This document shows, piece by piece, positions 8,108 through 17,205 of a DNA stretch of 36,582 bases. Source of the stretch: an uncultured virus (IMG/VR IMGVR_UViG_3300027770_000003) (Duplodnaviria; Heunggongvirae; Uroviricota; Caudoviricetes); IMG/VR virus record IMGVR_UViG_3300027770_000003; one strand, 5' to 3'. The translations under genes and the position numbers were made by a program. Within the stretch, counting starts at the first letter, position 1, and each line of letters opens with the position of its first letter. Under the pieces are notes generated by a model, which saw only the letters and a program-made list of their open reading frames with translations, was not told the DNA's origin and did not search any database.

Positions 8108-10153
8108 CTATCGGATACTCCTACGTGATACGACTGGTGCGGGCAATATAAATGATACCGTAGTTACGGCGATGATAACTCTGCGTCCACTGACAGGTAT
8201 CACCGATCCAATAGCGGTATAGGTGTCAAAAACACCCTCGTAGATATTTAATTCCTTTTCAAAAGATTTCTTAACGGCTTTAGGGGCATCCTGCACAGCA
8301 TTAACAATGGCAAGACCATCCTCTGGGGTTACAGCCGAAGCCACGATTGCATCAAAGACCTCAGTTGCTTGCTCTCCTGAAACGCTTTCCAGAACTTTAG
8401 CGCTCATTGCCAGTTCGGTGGCTTGCCCTTCACTGACTCCACCTTCTTGGGAAATGACCAAATCCACTACTTGAGCAACCTGATCGGTTGTAATGGTGGC
8501 GTTTTCAAGAACATTTACCACTTCAGCAAACTTGTTGTCGGAAAGTTCTGGTGTCAATATTGCTTCAAAAGTTTGTGTCAAAACCTCATCAGACACCTTT
8601 TCGTCAAAGATGGCGTTAATAACCGTGCCGAACTCTTTGTCATCAAGAGGACTTTCAAGAATCTGGGTGGCAAGGGCAACTGTTTCTGCGTCAGACAAGT
8701 CACTGTCAAAAGCAGCCGTAAAGACCGCTTCTAGTTCTGCTGCTGAAAGGTCAGAGTCCAAAAGGTTACCTACGATTGCGCTCATTTCTTCTACGCTTGC
8801 TTCTGCACTAAAGACGGTATCCATTACAATTGTAAGTTCTTCCCCTGAAAGATTAGAACTCAGCAAAGAAACTAAGATTTCAGACACTTGCTCGGTATCA
8901 GATGTATCGGCAAGTACGGCATCCATTACAGCAGTAAATTGTTCTGTAGAAAGGTTTGCGTTCAAAATGGTATCAAGTGCAGCCGTTATCTCTTCTGTTG
9001 AAGCATCAGGGGTAAAAGCGTTATCAAGAATGTCAATTAATACCGCATCCGATATAACCTCACTGACAGACGGTAGCGTTTGATCTGGACAAACAGTAGC
9101 GTTTGACCCGTTACACAAGTCTTCCGAAGTCGGAATAGTAGTGTAATCAGGTAGCGTGGTCGGTAGTGTTTGGTCTGTGTCAACGGTAGTGTCTGGGTAT
9201 GTTTCATCTGGTATTGAGTCTGTTGTCTCAGTTGGTATCTCTTCGGGGATTAGTATTGGTGTTTCTTCAGGAATCAACTCTGGGATGGTTACTTCTGGCA
9301 TGGTTGTGGATGTCGTCCCCGTTGGTACTTCTATTATTGGAGAAATATAGACGGGAACAGTAGATGTCGGAATTTCTGGTGTTGTTGACGTGGTCGTTGT
9401 TGATTGGGGCAATGTTGTTTGGGGTACGAAAGAAGTAGTTGTAGATATTGGAATATCTATTGTGGTCGTAACCGATACTGTAGTATCGGGAGAAATAGTA
9501 GTCGTGGTTGTTGTGGTAGTTGGAACAGTTGTTGTAGTCGTAGTACTTGTTGTTGTTGTTGTAGTGGTGGTTGTGGAAGTGGTAGAAGTGGTAGAAGTGG
9601 TAGTTGTAGAAGTGGTAGTTGTAGAAGTGGAACTGGTAGAAGTGGAAGTGGTAGAAGTAGTCGTCGTTGCTTCAACAAAGCCATTCCAAAGCGACAAATT
9701 ACTGATTGTTAAATGACCAGGTTGACAGCAAGTATCTATTGAATATTGTCGGAATGTAAAGATGTCACCCACTTGAACGGGTATTGATTTAGTTCCTGTT
9801 GCAGTATTTGCATAAGTCAACTGAACATAGACACCATTTACTGCGTACTGAGGGGGATCGTAGTAAGCACCATCAAGGGTTTGGTAGGCCCAAGTAAAGT
9901 CCACTGTGCTTACACCTTGAGGAATGGTTGCTTCTATTTTTACCCAATGAGCAGCACCGCTACATCCGTTATAGTCAGGACCGTGTAAAGTGATCGCATC
10001 ACCGATTAACTCAACAGATCCACCGCATGCTTGTGATTGGCTGTATGTCCACTCACCAAGTGTGTCTGCCTTAACAGAAGTAGTAAAAGGAGTGATCCAA
10101 GCAAATATCGCTACAGGAAGGTATATCCAGAATCCTTTACGTAGTTTAGGCAC
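8108..10153 (-). CDS. secreted/membrane-anchored mucin-like protein with Thr-rich stalk and acidic helical repeats
   Basis: Signal-peptide-like N-terminus ending VKA|D, Cys-containing globular domain, poly-Thr/Ser tract, Pro/Glu region, about 17-aa acidic repeats, hydrophobic C-terminus followed by Arg residues; TATAAT-N5-GTG start. Confidence 0.8.
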   Translation of the reverse strand: MPKLRKGFWIYLPVAIFAWITPFTTSVKADTLGEWTYSQSQACGGSVELIGDAITLHGPDYNGCSGAAHWVKIEATIPQGVSTVDFTWAYQTLDGAYYDPPQYAVNGVYVQLTYANTATGTKSIPVQVGDIFTFRQYSIDTCCQPGHLTISNLSLWNGFVEATTTTSTTSTSTSSTSTTTTSTTTTSTTSTTSTTTTTTTTTSTTTTTTVPTTTTTTTTISPDTTVSVTTTIDIPISTTTSFVPQTTLPQSTTTTSTTPEIPTSTVPVYISPIIEVPTGTTSTTMPEVTIPELIPEETPILIPEEIPTETTDSIPDETYPDTTVDTDQTLPTTLPDYTTIPTSEDLCNGSNATVCPDQTLPSVSEVISDAVLIDILDNAFTPDASTEEITAALDTILNANLSTEQFTAVMDAVLADTSDTEQVSEILVSLLSSNLSGEELTIVMDTVFSAEASVEEMSAIVGNLLDSDLSAAELEAVFTAAFDSDLSDAETVALATQILESPLDDKEFGTVINAIFDEKVSDEVLTQTFEAILTPELSDNKFAEVVNVLENATITTDQVAQVVDLVISQEGGVSEGQATELAMSAKVLESVSGEQATEVFDAIVASAVTPEDGLAIVNAVQDAPKAVKKSFEKELNIYEGVFDTYTAIGSVIPVSGRRVIIAVTTVSFILPAPVVSRRSIR
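9490..9670. repeat. low-complexity GTAGAAGTG/GTT tandem repeats encoding the poly-Thr/Ser tract
   Basis: Directly visible GTAGAAGTG iterations. Confidence 0.85.
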
Positions 10154-10159
10154 GAACCA

Positions 10160-10483
10160 TTATAGTTGAGGATTACCTTGCGCTTGTTTTAACTGTTGCT
10201 GATACTGAGGCCATGTCTGAAAAGCAAATGACTGATAGAGGTTAATAGCATTCAAGTACGGATAAAGTTTGGTACTTACAAAGGGATACCCAAACTCAAA
10301 GGCTTGCTGAGCCTCATCATGTGCATCATGTAATGATTTTCTAATGTGCACTTTCATGGCATCAATGAACCCTTCGTTCTCTTCTTGAACCATCAGCAAG
10401 TCTTGAGTGTCTTGCAGAGTTAAATGCTTACCGTCATATTTAACAATTGGTCCATAGTTTGTTGTGACAATTTCGTATTCCAT
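10160..10483 (-). CDS. hypothetical protein
   Basis: ORF 10160..10501; start moved to MEYEIV (10483), just after the stop of the upstream microprotein. Confidence 0.7.
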   Translation of the reverse strand: MEYEIVTTNYGPIVKYDGKHLTLQDTQDLLMVQEENEGFIDAMKVHIRKSLHDAHDEAQQAFEFGYPFVSTKLYPYLNAINLYQSFAFQTWPQYQQQLKQAQGNPQL

Positions 10484-10487
10484 GTTG

Positions 10488-10637
10488 TTACCACTTTCCA
10501 ATAGGGCAAGTTTGCGATGACATTTTAGTCTTGATTAACATAAAGCATCCACACTTTTTGCATTGCTTTGTAGGGGTAAAAAAGTGTGGGCAAACTTTAC
10601 AGATATCCATACGTGTTTTTGCTAGTTCAGTTGTCAT
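10488..10637 (-). CDS. Cys-rich microprotein, DUF6171-like (49 aa)
   Basis: Not in track. MTTELAKTRMDICKVCPHFFTPTKQCKKCGCFMLIKTKMSSQTCPIGKW; ATGA overlap with the upstream gene. Confidence 0.8.
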   Translation of the reverse strand: MTTELAKTRMDICKVCPHFFTPTKQCKKCGCFMLIKTKMSSQTCPIGKW

Positions 10638-11695
10638 ACAGGAGAGTATACAAAACTTTCAATGGTTGATGCCTGCGCCCCAGTAGCGGTAGTTTTGACA
10701 ATTATTCCGTGCTTTGTTGCTCTTGTGGCTGTAGGGGTTTGTTGGATTTGGGCAACAGCACCGCCTGTACTTAGTTGTGCTGTAGCCGTAATTTGCCCAG
10801 CCTCATTGGTAACTACTTGAACAAAACCAATACCACCAGGAGTGGTTGCATTTGTGCCCACATCCACAGAACCCATTTCCGTCACAGTACCATTTACAGA
10901 CTTAATTAGTTTGAGTTTGTGCGTGTAATACGTAGTTGCATTGTAGGAGTTTCCCCCACCTGAAGCCGTACAAGTCTGTTGAACATAGGTAGTACCCGAA
11001 GTTGCTGGGTGGTACACAAACCAGTTATTGTTTACAGTCATGCAAGCAAAATACCCACCATAACATCCATCTCCGTGCCGATCTCCACCAGTGAAGAAAC
11101 AACCATATTGCCAGTTTGCATATCCAAGAAAAGTATCGTAAGCACAACACCCATTGACACCACAGACGTAACAAGACACTGGAGAACCATCCGCCCTATT
11201 AGCGCAGTTTAAACCTCCTGCAACTGCAAGAGCGCACACTCCGTTATTTGTTTCTGAATAATCCCCACCACTACCACAATAAGCAGCAGTGCTATATGGA
11301 GCATTATAACTACAGTCATAGTTATATGAGTACGCTGGAACAGTGCAAGTACCATTACCATTATTAGTATCACCAGCATTGCAACCAAAGTATTGAGTTC
11401 TTTCAGTAACAGCCGCCCACCAAGTATTGGAACTAGTTACCCAAAAAGCAGTTCCCCATCCTTGATTAAGTTCCCCAGCGTTAGCACGAACGCTTACATT
11501 CTTAGTGTTTGCAGTAAAAGTTGCAAGTGGATTTAATGCTGGCGATGAATACGTAGTTGCTTTATTAATTTGAATTTCCCATGCACCATTAATGTTGGAC
11601 CATTTAGATGCTAAAGAAGCGCCGTTTGTTCCCGTAAACTCATCGGTAAATGCGGGAAGAATGCCAGATGTAGAGGCAATGATGCCAGTAAGCAT
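10634..11695 (-). CDS. Cys-rich putative tail fibre/receptor-binding protein
   Basis: Beta-rich ends (FTDEF...W...W) flanking a Cys/Gly/Tyr-rich insert; start set at MLTGIIAS. Confidence 0.6.
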   Translation of the reverse strand: MLTGIIASTSGILPAFTDEFTGTNGASLASKWSNINGAWEIQINKATTYSSPALNPLATFTANTKNVSVRANAGELNQGWGTAFWVTSSNTWWAAVTERTQYFGCNAGDTNNGNGTCTVPAYSYNYDCSYNAPYSTAAYCGSGGDYSETNNGVCALAVAGGLNCANRADGSPVSCYVCGVNGCCAYDTFLGYANWQYGCFFTGGDRHGDGCYGGYFACMTVNNNWFVYHPATSGTTYVQQTCTASGGGNSYNATTYYTHKLKLIKSVNGTVTEMGSVDVGTNATTPGGIGFVQVVTNEAGQITATAQLSTGGAVAQIQQTPTATRATKHGIIVKTTATGAQASTIESFVYSPV

Positions 11696-11697
11696 AA

Positions 11698-12060
11698 CTA
11701 ACTCGTAAGGTTTCCGATAAGTACCCAAGTGCTAGCGGCGGTCTTGATAAGGGTAGCGGCGGCGTACTGACCATTCAGTTTATACTTATTGCTTTCCGCA
11801 TAAAGCGTGGCATTACCCGCACCAACAGTAACTACGTTTGCAGTTGATCCAGTCTGCAAGATGTCCACCCGATCACCGATGCTAAAGTTTGCTTCGGAGT
11901 CGTTAGGCACTAACAAAGAAAATGCTCCAGAGTTATTAATTAGGAGTACCTTCCCTAAGTCGTCAAGAGTCAAGGTACGCCCAGCAGTAATTGTATCTAC
12001 TTGTGAGTTAAACCCAGTCAAGTTTCTACTAGCGGCGTTTTCAGAAAGGCGAGAAATCAC
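11698..12060 (-). CDS. tail fibre-associated beta-sandwich protein
   Basis: TLTLDDLGKVL...FSIGDRVDILQ...AATLIK...WVLIGNL pattern of phage fibre connector domains. Confidence 0.65.
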   Translation of the reverse strand: MISRLSENAASRNLTGFNSQVDTITAGRTLTLDDLGKVLLINNSGAFSLLVPNDSEANFSIGDRVDILQTGSTANVVTVGAGNATLYAESNKYKLNGQYAAATLIKTAASTWVLIGNLTS

Positions 12061-12386
12061 GAAATCTCTGCCCCAAACAACGAGAACGAGAAGTTAGCAC
12101 TTGAAGCATAAACCGTGACCACATCTGTAGCCGCCAAAGTCAAACCAATACTAAGAGTTACAGTGTCCTTAGCCAGAATGTTGGCATCAAAAATAATGTA
12201 ATGCAGGTTGGCAAGTGTTGCCCCAGCAGGTCGGACAGCCACTCGGTAAGTAGCCGAAGTTGTGCCTCGGTTGCACACGGAGAGAGTTGATGCAACTACT
12301 GACTTGCCAGCACCAATTGTCAAAATATCCGTAGCAATAGTTGCTGACGGGGCAGATTGGGCTAATACTTTATATACTTGGGCCAC
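12057..12386 (-). CDS. tail fibre adaptor-like protein (about 110 aa family)
   Basis: AAGGAG SD; similar in size and pattern to 13827, 19088 and 23614 (VCN...YRVAV...L.L...D.V). Confidence 0.7.
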   Translation of the reverse strand: MAQVYKVLAQSAPSATIATDILTIGAGKSVVASTLSVCNRGTTSATYRVAVRPAGATLANLHYIIFDANILAKDTVTLSIGLTLAATDVVTVYASSANFSFSLFGAEIS

Positions 12387-12455
12387 GGGCGCTCCTTAGA
12401 AGTCTGTAATGCCCTAGTTTACACTACCTTGTGGAGGGTGGGATTGGGGCAAATA

Positions 12456-12623
12456 TTAGCCAACGGGAATAGCGGACCACAACCCAATAGGACATTCTGA
12501 ATTTCGTAATTTTACTTTAACCTTCATAAAACAACCACATTGCTTACAAGTTGCTGTTGGTTTAAATAGGTGATCACAATCCTGACAGATTGCAAACCGT
12601 TCTTTAGGAGTATTGGCTTCCAT
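12456..12623 (-). CDS. Cys-rich microprotein, DUF6171-like (55 aa)
   Basis: Not in track. MEANTPKERFAICQDCDHLFKPTATCKQCGCFMKVKVKLRNSECPIGLWSAIPVG; paralogue of 10488..10637. Confidence 0.8.
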   Translation of the reverse strand: MEANTPKERFAICQDCDHLFKPTATCKQCGCFMKVKVKLRNSECPIGLWSAIPVG

Positions 12624-12625
12624 GA

Positions 12626-13021
12626 TTAGTCAGCAAATTCGTCTGTAATCTCACCAGTCAGAACAGAAACCAATACCCATGTTGTAGAACTTTCAACCCA
12701 GTCATACTCTTTACCATCGTTTGGTTTAGGGGTTGGAGATTCCCAATCATTACTAGAGTTCAAAATCCATGATGGAAATGGGCTTGGGTTGATGAAAATA
12801 TCTTTAGTTGAATCATATTTAGCACCAATCATTGGGTATTGCTTTCTAAATGAACCGTTATAGGAAGCCTGTACCCAAGTTGTGTCAGGATGCAACGAAA
12901 CTAAAAAGTCTTTACCAAGTTGCTCTTGTTCGTTACCATTAGCATCTCTAATAACATCATTGTTTATAACAGCGACGTTTACAACAATATTGTTTTCATT
13001 TGTTTGAGCAAAGTGTGCCAT
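12626..13021 (-). CDS. tail fibre assembly/chaperone-like protein (MAHFA family)
   Basis: MAHFA...WVQASYNG..R..Y..IG..YD...PFPSW; paralogue of 22344..22712; follows a Gly-rich gene. Confidence 0.7.
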   Translation of the reverse strand: MAHFAQTNENNIVVNVAVINNDVIRDANGNEQEQLGKDFLVSLHPDTTWVQASYNGSFRKQYPMIGAKYDSTKDIFINPSPFPSWILNSSNDWESPTPKPNDGKEYDWVESSTTWVLVSVLTGEITDEFAD

Positions 13022-13022
13022 A

Positions 13023-13817
13023 TTAAATAGTTACCGTTCCAGTTCCATTGAATCGGTAAACATGGTATCCGCTTTCAATTGCATATGATGGTGATCCCGT
13101 CGTTGCACTTGCTGCTGCAAAAGTTGCAGGCCAACGCACACCACAGAATCCTGAACCGCCAGAACTGTTGCTGGATGCTCCTCCGTTACCAGTGTTTGCT
13201 CCACCGCTACCACCAGTTACAGCACCTTCAGAAACGTAACGACCCCCACCACCATATCCATAGTTATTTCCTGCAAAACCTTTTATACCGCTACCACCAG
13301 CACCAGCGTATTGGAAACCAGAACAGCCACGGTTTACACCGCAACCATTTTGACCATTAGAACCTTGAGCGCTATCAACGGTTGCACCGAAGTCTCCACA
13401 AGTTCCACCACCATCGCATGAACCGCCTCCACCAGAACCACCAGCGCCAGCGTTTCCATTACAGTAACCACCTCCACCGCCACCGCTTACACCCGTGTAA
13501 CCAGTCCAACCCGTTCCACTAGCATATGAAGCACCACCAGCACCAGCAACAGTAAAGGTATATGTTGCCCCAGGAACAACCGTTGAAGAACCACCGTATG
13601 TTCCTCCAGCACCACCACCACCTGAAGTAGCACCACAACCATAACTAGGAGAACCGCCACCACCAGCAACAAGTAGGTATTCAACACTTACTGGAGAAGG
13701 AAGGCTACCAAGAAAGAAAGTTGCGACAGATCCAGTGGAGTTTCTACTTGAACGTGGGGCTAAAACCCCACCAGATATTGCACGACCTCCAGCAGTAGTC
13801 CCTAAAAAAGTGGGCAT
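13023..13817 (-). CDS. glycine-rich putative tail/receptor-binding protein
   Basis: VEYLLVAGGGG ... GGSGFCGVRW ... YHVYRFNGTGTV. Confidence 0.75.
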   Translation of the reverse strand: MPTFLGTTAGGRAISGGVLAPRSSRNSTGSVATFFLGSLPSPVSVEYLLVAGGGGSPSYGCGATSGGGGAGGTYGGSSTVVPGATYTFTVAGAGGASYASGTGWTGYTGVSGGGGGGYCNGNAGAGGSGGGGSCDGGGTCGDFGATVDSAQGSNGQNGCGVNRGCSGFQYAGAGGSGIKGFAGNNYGYGGGGRYVSEGAVTGGSGGANTGNGGASSNSSGGSGFCGVRWPATFAAASATTGSPSYAIESGYHVYRFNGTGTVTI

Positions 13818-13826
13818 AATAACCCC

Positions 13827-14186
13827 TTAGGCAATTACGTTGACGTATCCGTGAACAACAATTACGTTTGTTGTAGCAGCAAAAGCCTTTACGGTTAGTG
13901 CCGTAGCATTACCTTTAAGCAATAAGCCTGGGACAATTAGGTATAGACCGTTCTCAGCCTTAACTGTATATTCAATGTTTCCGTTAGGTGCAGTTGCTTC
14001 GCCCCACTCAATTGTCAACTTAACATCAGTTGCCGAAGAGTTTACGGCGTACAACCAAACCTCATGTAATTGAGCAGTGTTAGTTGGACCAGTATGGACT
14101 AAGGTTCCTGCTGTTGCAGTTGCTGCAACAAGAACACCCTTACCATCGGTTGAGTTACTAAGAACTGTTTTGCTAAATGTTGCCAT
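13827..14186 (-). CDS. tail fibre adaptor-like protein
   Basis: 119 aa beta-rich ORF with AGGAG SD. Confidence 0.7.
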   Translation of the reverse strand: MATFSKTVLSNSTDGKGVLVAATATAGTLVHTGPTNTAQLHEVWLYAVNSSATDVKLTIEWGEATAPNGNIEYTVKAENGLYLIVPGLLLKGNATALTVKAFAATTNVIVVHGYVNVIA

Positions 14187-14194
14187 GATGTCTC

Positions 14195-14719
14195 CTAATT
14201 AAATATTCTGTTGTTTAAAACAACTTGGTCGTTTTCCCAATTGGTCACTTTGGTTGAGTCAATAGCCGCTGAAGCATTGATGTCTGCGTTGACAATGGTA
14301 CCATCAGTGATCATAGTGCTAGTTATTGTTCCTGAGGGGGCGCTAAATGTTCCCGTAAATGAAGCATTATTTATTGGGGCTTTAGCATCTAATTGAGTTT
14401 GGATAGCAGAGGTGACCCCGTCCACGTACCCGATTTCCGTTGAGGAAACGGTGCCAATAGAGGTAGTGGAAGGAAGAACAACTGTCCCAGTAAAAGTTGG
14501 TCCCGCAGTGGGAGCAAGTCCTGTAACTGCGCCAGTGTTACCGTTGATAGAAGTAACACCGCCTTGGTAGGCAAGGCTATTCCACGCCGTAGAACCATTT
14601 CCAAGTTTGAGTTTTCCCGTGTCGGTTTCTCCGCCCAGTTCGCCAGACGCAAGGGTTGGGTTAGCCGCAGTCCAAGCCGCCGCCGTGTCCCTACGAATCA
14701 ATATTCGTCTAGTTGTCAT
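14195..14719 (-). CDS. tail fibre protein with Mtd_N (major tropism determinant N-terminal) domain
   Basis: RRDTAAAWTAANPTLASGELGGETDTGKLKLGNG. Confidence 0.8.
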   Translation of the reverse strand: MTTRRILIRRDTAAAWTAANPTLASGELGGETDTGKLKLGNGSTAWNSLAYQGGVTSINGNTGAVTGLAPTAGPTFTGTVVLPSTTSIGTVSSTEIGYVDGVTSAIQTQLDAKAPINNASFTGTFSAPSGTITSTMITDGTIVNADINASAAIDSTKVTNWENDQVVLNNRIFN

Positions 14720-14738
14720 GAAGCATCTCCAATTAGGG

Positions 14739-15587
14739 TCACGTTGGGATTAAACGTATAACTACAATACCATCCGCACCACGGCTTGGTGCTGCTGTTC
14801 CAGATGCGCCACTTCCACTATTTGCTGCTGGATCTGGACCACCATCACTATTATTGTACTTTCCATAACCACCAACACAGTAAGTAACCGAAGAACCAGT
14901 GCGTATAGAGTTTGCACGACCAGCGCCACCAGTTTGTCCTGCATCACTACCTGCTCCACCTGCTCCACCACCACCACCACCTGCATGGTACTGTCCTGGG
15001 CTATGGACACCATAACCGCCAGCATTTGTGTTTGGACCAGAAGCACTACCACCTGAGTCAGTTCCACCTCCACCACGGCTTCCGCCACCACCACCAGAGC
15101 CACCAGGTCTTCCACCTGTTGATGCAAAACCGTTCGGGTAACCACCACCTCCACCGCCTTGCGCCGAATACAAAGAACCAAAACTGCTAGGGCTTCCGTC
15201 TGATAGGGAACCATACCCACCGCCACCAACAGTTACTGCGTATGTTCCTGCCGCCAACACATAAGAAGATACCTCGTTCATAGCCCCAGCACCACCGCCA
15301 CCGCTACCGTAGTTGTTGCCCATGTCTTGACCTCCACGACCACCTCCACCACCCACTACAAGCATATCTACGATTTTTGGTTCAGATATTGTAAAAACTC
15401 CAGATGATGTGAATGAGTGCACTTTATAAGTTGAATACAATGTAATAACACCACCAGTAGATTCAAAGGCACCACCGCCCGCCCAATAGGTTGCAGCCTG
15501 ACTTGTATTTCCACGATTGTGTCGTGGGTTGAGAGAACCACCAGAAACAGACCTGCCACCAGAAGTGATCTTGTTTAAACTATGCAT
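14739..15587 (-). CDS. glycine-rich putative tail/receptor-binding protein (permuted)
   Basis: TGGVIT...YKVHSFTSSG precedes VDMLVVGGGG; ends GADGIVVIRL. Confidence 0.75.
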   Translation of the reverse strand: MHSLNKITSGGRSVSGGSLNPRHNRGNTSQAATYWAGGGAFESTGGVITLYSTYKVHSFTSSGVFTISEPKIVDMLVVGGGGGRGGQDMGNNYGSGGGGAGAMNEVSSYVLAAGTYAVTVGGGGYGSLSDGSPSSFGSLYSAQGGGGGGYPNGFASTGGRPGGSGGGGGSRGGGGTDSGGSASGPNTNAGGYGVHSPGQYHAGGGGGGAGGAGSDAGQTGGAGRANSIRTGSSVTYCVGGYGKYNNSDGGPDPAANSGSGASGTAAPSRGADGIVVIRLIPT

Positions 15588-15602
15588 GTATGTATCCTTT
15601 GA

Positions 15603-16040
15603 TTAAAGGAATACCTGAGCAGCCAAAATGATTTGGGCATCTTCAACAAAACCATTGGGCATTGTAACAGTGCCTGTAAAGGTGGGGGAAGCAAGTGGTG
15701 CTTTGGTGTCAATCTGTGTTTGAATGGCAGAAGTAACACCGTCCACGTAGCCGATTTCGGTTGATGTGACAGTTCCAATGGATGTTGTTGCAGGCAAAAC
15801 TACGGTTCCCGTAAATGTAGGACCAGCAGTTGGGGCAAGACCCGTAACTGCACCTGTAGAACCATTTACAGAAGTAACATTACTTTGATAACCAAGGCTA
15901 GTCCATGCTGTGGATCCATTACCAAGTTTAAGTTTGCCTGTATCAGTCTCGTGCCCGAACTCACCAGCAGCAAGCGTTGGGTTGTTCGCTGTCCAGTTAG
16001 CAGCCGTGTCACGGCGAATAAGAATGCGGCGATATGCCAT
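15603..16040 (-). CDS. tail fibre protein with Mtd_N domain
   Basis: RRDTAANWTANNPTLAAGEFGHETDTGKLKLGNG; close paralogue of 14195..14719. Confidence 0.8.
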   Translation of the reverse strand: MAYRRILIRRDTAANWTANNPTLAAGEFGHETDTGKLKLGNGSTAWTSLGYQSNVTSVNGSTGAVTGLAPTAGPTFTGTVVLPATTSIGTVTSTEIGYVDGVTSAIQTQIDTKAPLASPTFTGTVTMPNGFVEDAQIILAAQVFL

Positions 16041-16219
16041 TATGCGCCTCCACCATCATCTACAAAATAAGCGTTGAGAGGTGTATCAGAAAAACCGCTA
16101 TCAGAAACAGTTTGTGGGAAGCGCTTCCAAACACCGTTAAGATAGCGCCAAACCATACCTCCAGCCACGTATTCATCTCCAGAAGATGGGGAGTTAGGGA
16201 AATCAATTGGTGCGGGCAT
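16040..16219 (-). CDS. small tail-module protein with IDFPNSP N-terminal domain (59 aa)
   Basis: Not in track. MPAPIDFPNSPSSGDEYVAGGMVWRYLNGVWKRFPQTVSDSGFSDTPLNAYFVDDGGGA; TAATG overlaps at both ends. Confidence 0.8.
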   Translation of the reverse strand: MPAPIDFPNSPSSGDEYVAGGMVWRYLNGVWKRFPQTVSDSGFSDTPLNAYFVDDGGGA

Positions 16220-17205
16220 TATGCGATAACCAAACTTCCTGAGGATGTAAACGTGTGAACTGTGTAAGAACCAGAAGTTGTGATGGTTCCACCCGTAGCG
16301 GAACCAGCACTAGTTAAATACCTAACAATAACAATGCCCGAACCTCCAGCACCACCGCCAGCACCACCCGTGTCACCACCACCACCACCACCGCCACCAG
16401 TATTGGCTGTACCAGCCGTACCTACACCACCGTTTCCACCAGCACCACCACCACCCGTAACAGAACCAACAGTTCCCGCTGAATACAAACCTCCCGAACC
16501 GCCACCAGCACGGGCAACCGAAGTACCAGTAATAGATGAAGAAACACCCGAACCACCAGCACCAGACACACCACTACCTACAGTCGCCGCACCAACACCA
16601 CCAGCACCACCGCCACCAGCACCAGCGTTGTTTCCTAATGCGCCTGTTCCTGTTCCGCCGCCATACCCCTCATTTGCTGTTCCGTTTCCTGCTGTTGTGC
16701 CACCAACCTGTCCACTACCACCACCACCCGAACCACCATTAGCACCATTGGCAGCACTACCGCCACCACCACCACCACCCGAAGCAGTCACCGTTCCAAA
16801 AACACTATTTGAGCCAGTTCCCCCAACACCAGCACTTCCATTCACCGAACCACCCGCACCAACTGTGACCGTATAAGAAGTTCCAATGGTAAGAGAAATC
16901 ATAGACTCTGCGCTAGCACCACGACCAGAAGATTCACCAACAACAGACGAACGATACCCACCAGCACCACCACCACCCGCTCTGTTTGTGCCACCAGCAC
17001 CACCACCTGCGACAACTAGGTACTCAACAGAAATAGCGGTGCTATGTGTTACTACTGACCACGCAGAACCATTCCACAAACGCAACCTATTTGTATCACT
17101 CTCATAAATCATTTGACCTGTATAAGGAGACGCAGGTCTAGTAGTAGATGTGCAGACACCAGGTTTGAGCATTGACTGTGCGCCGATAACAGAAGAGAGG
17201 GGCAT
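16219..17205 (-). CDS. glycine-rich putative tail/receptor-binding protein
   Basis: KPGVCTSTTRPASPY...ESDT, VEYLVVAGGG, GGSGIVIVRY, HTFTSSGSLVIA. Confidence 0.8.
   Translation of the reverse strand: MPLSSVIGAQSMLKPGVCTSTTRPASPYTGQMIYESDTNRLRLWNGSAWSVVTHSTAISVEYLVVAGGGAGGTNRAGGGGAGGYRSSVVGESSGRGASAESMISLTIGTSYTVTVGAGGSVNGSAGVGGTGSNSVFGTVTASGGGGGGGSAANGANGGSGGGGSGQVGGTTAGNGTANEGYGGGTGTGALGNNAGAGGGGAGGVGAATVGSGVSGAGGSGVSSSITGTSVARAGGGSGGLYSAGTVGSVTGGGGAGGNGGVGTAGTANTGGGGGGGGDTGGAGGGAGGSGIVIVRYLTSAGSATGGTITTSGSYTVHTFTSSGSLVIA

Noticed and set aside
8940..8965. Internal NLSTEQF in the mucin-like protein as another tag copy
   Set aside because: Internal and explained by the helix-cap repeat of that protein.
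8423..9716. Val-rich and Ser-rich plus-strand ORFs
   Set aside because: Antisense shadows of the Thr-rich gene.
14195..16040. Diversity-generating retroelement suggested by Mtd_N domains
   Set aside because: No reverse transcriptase in the window and no TR/VR pair differing only at adenines; both similar copies are coding paralogues.
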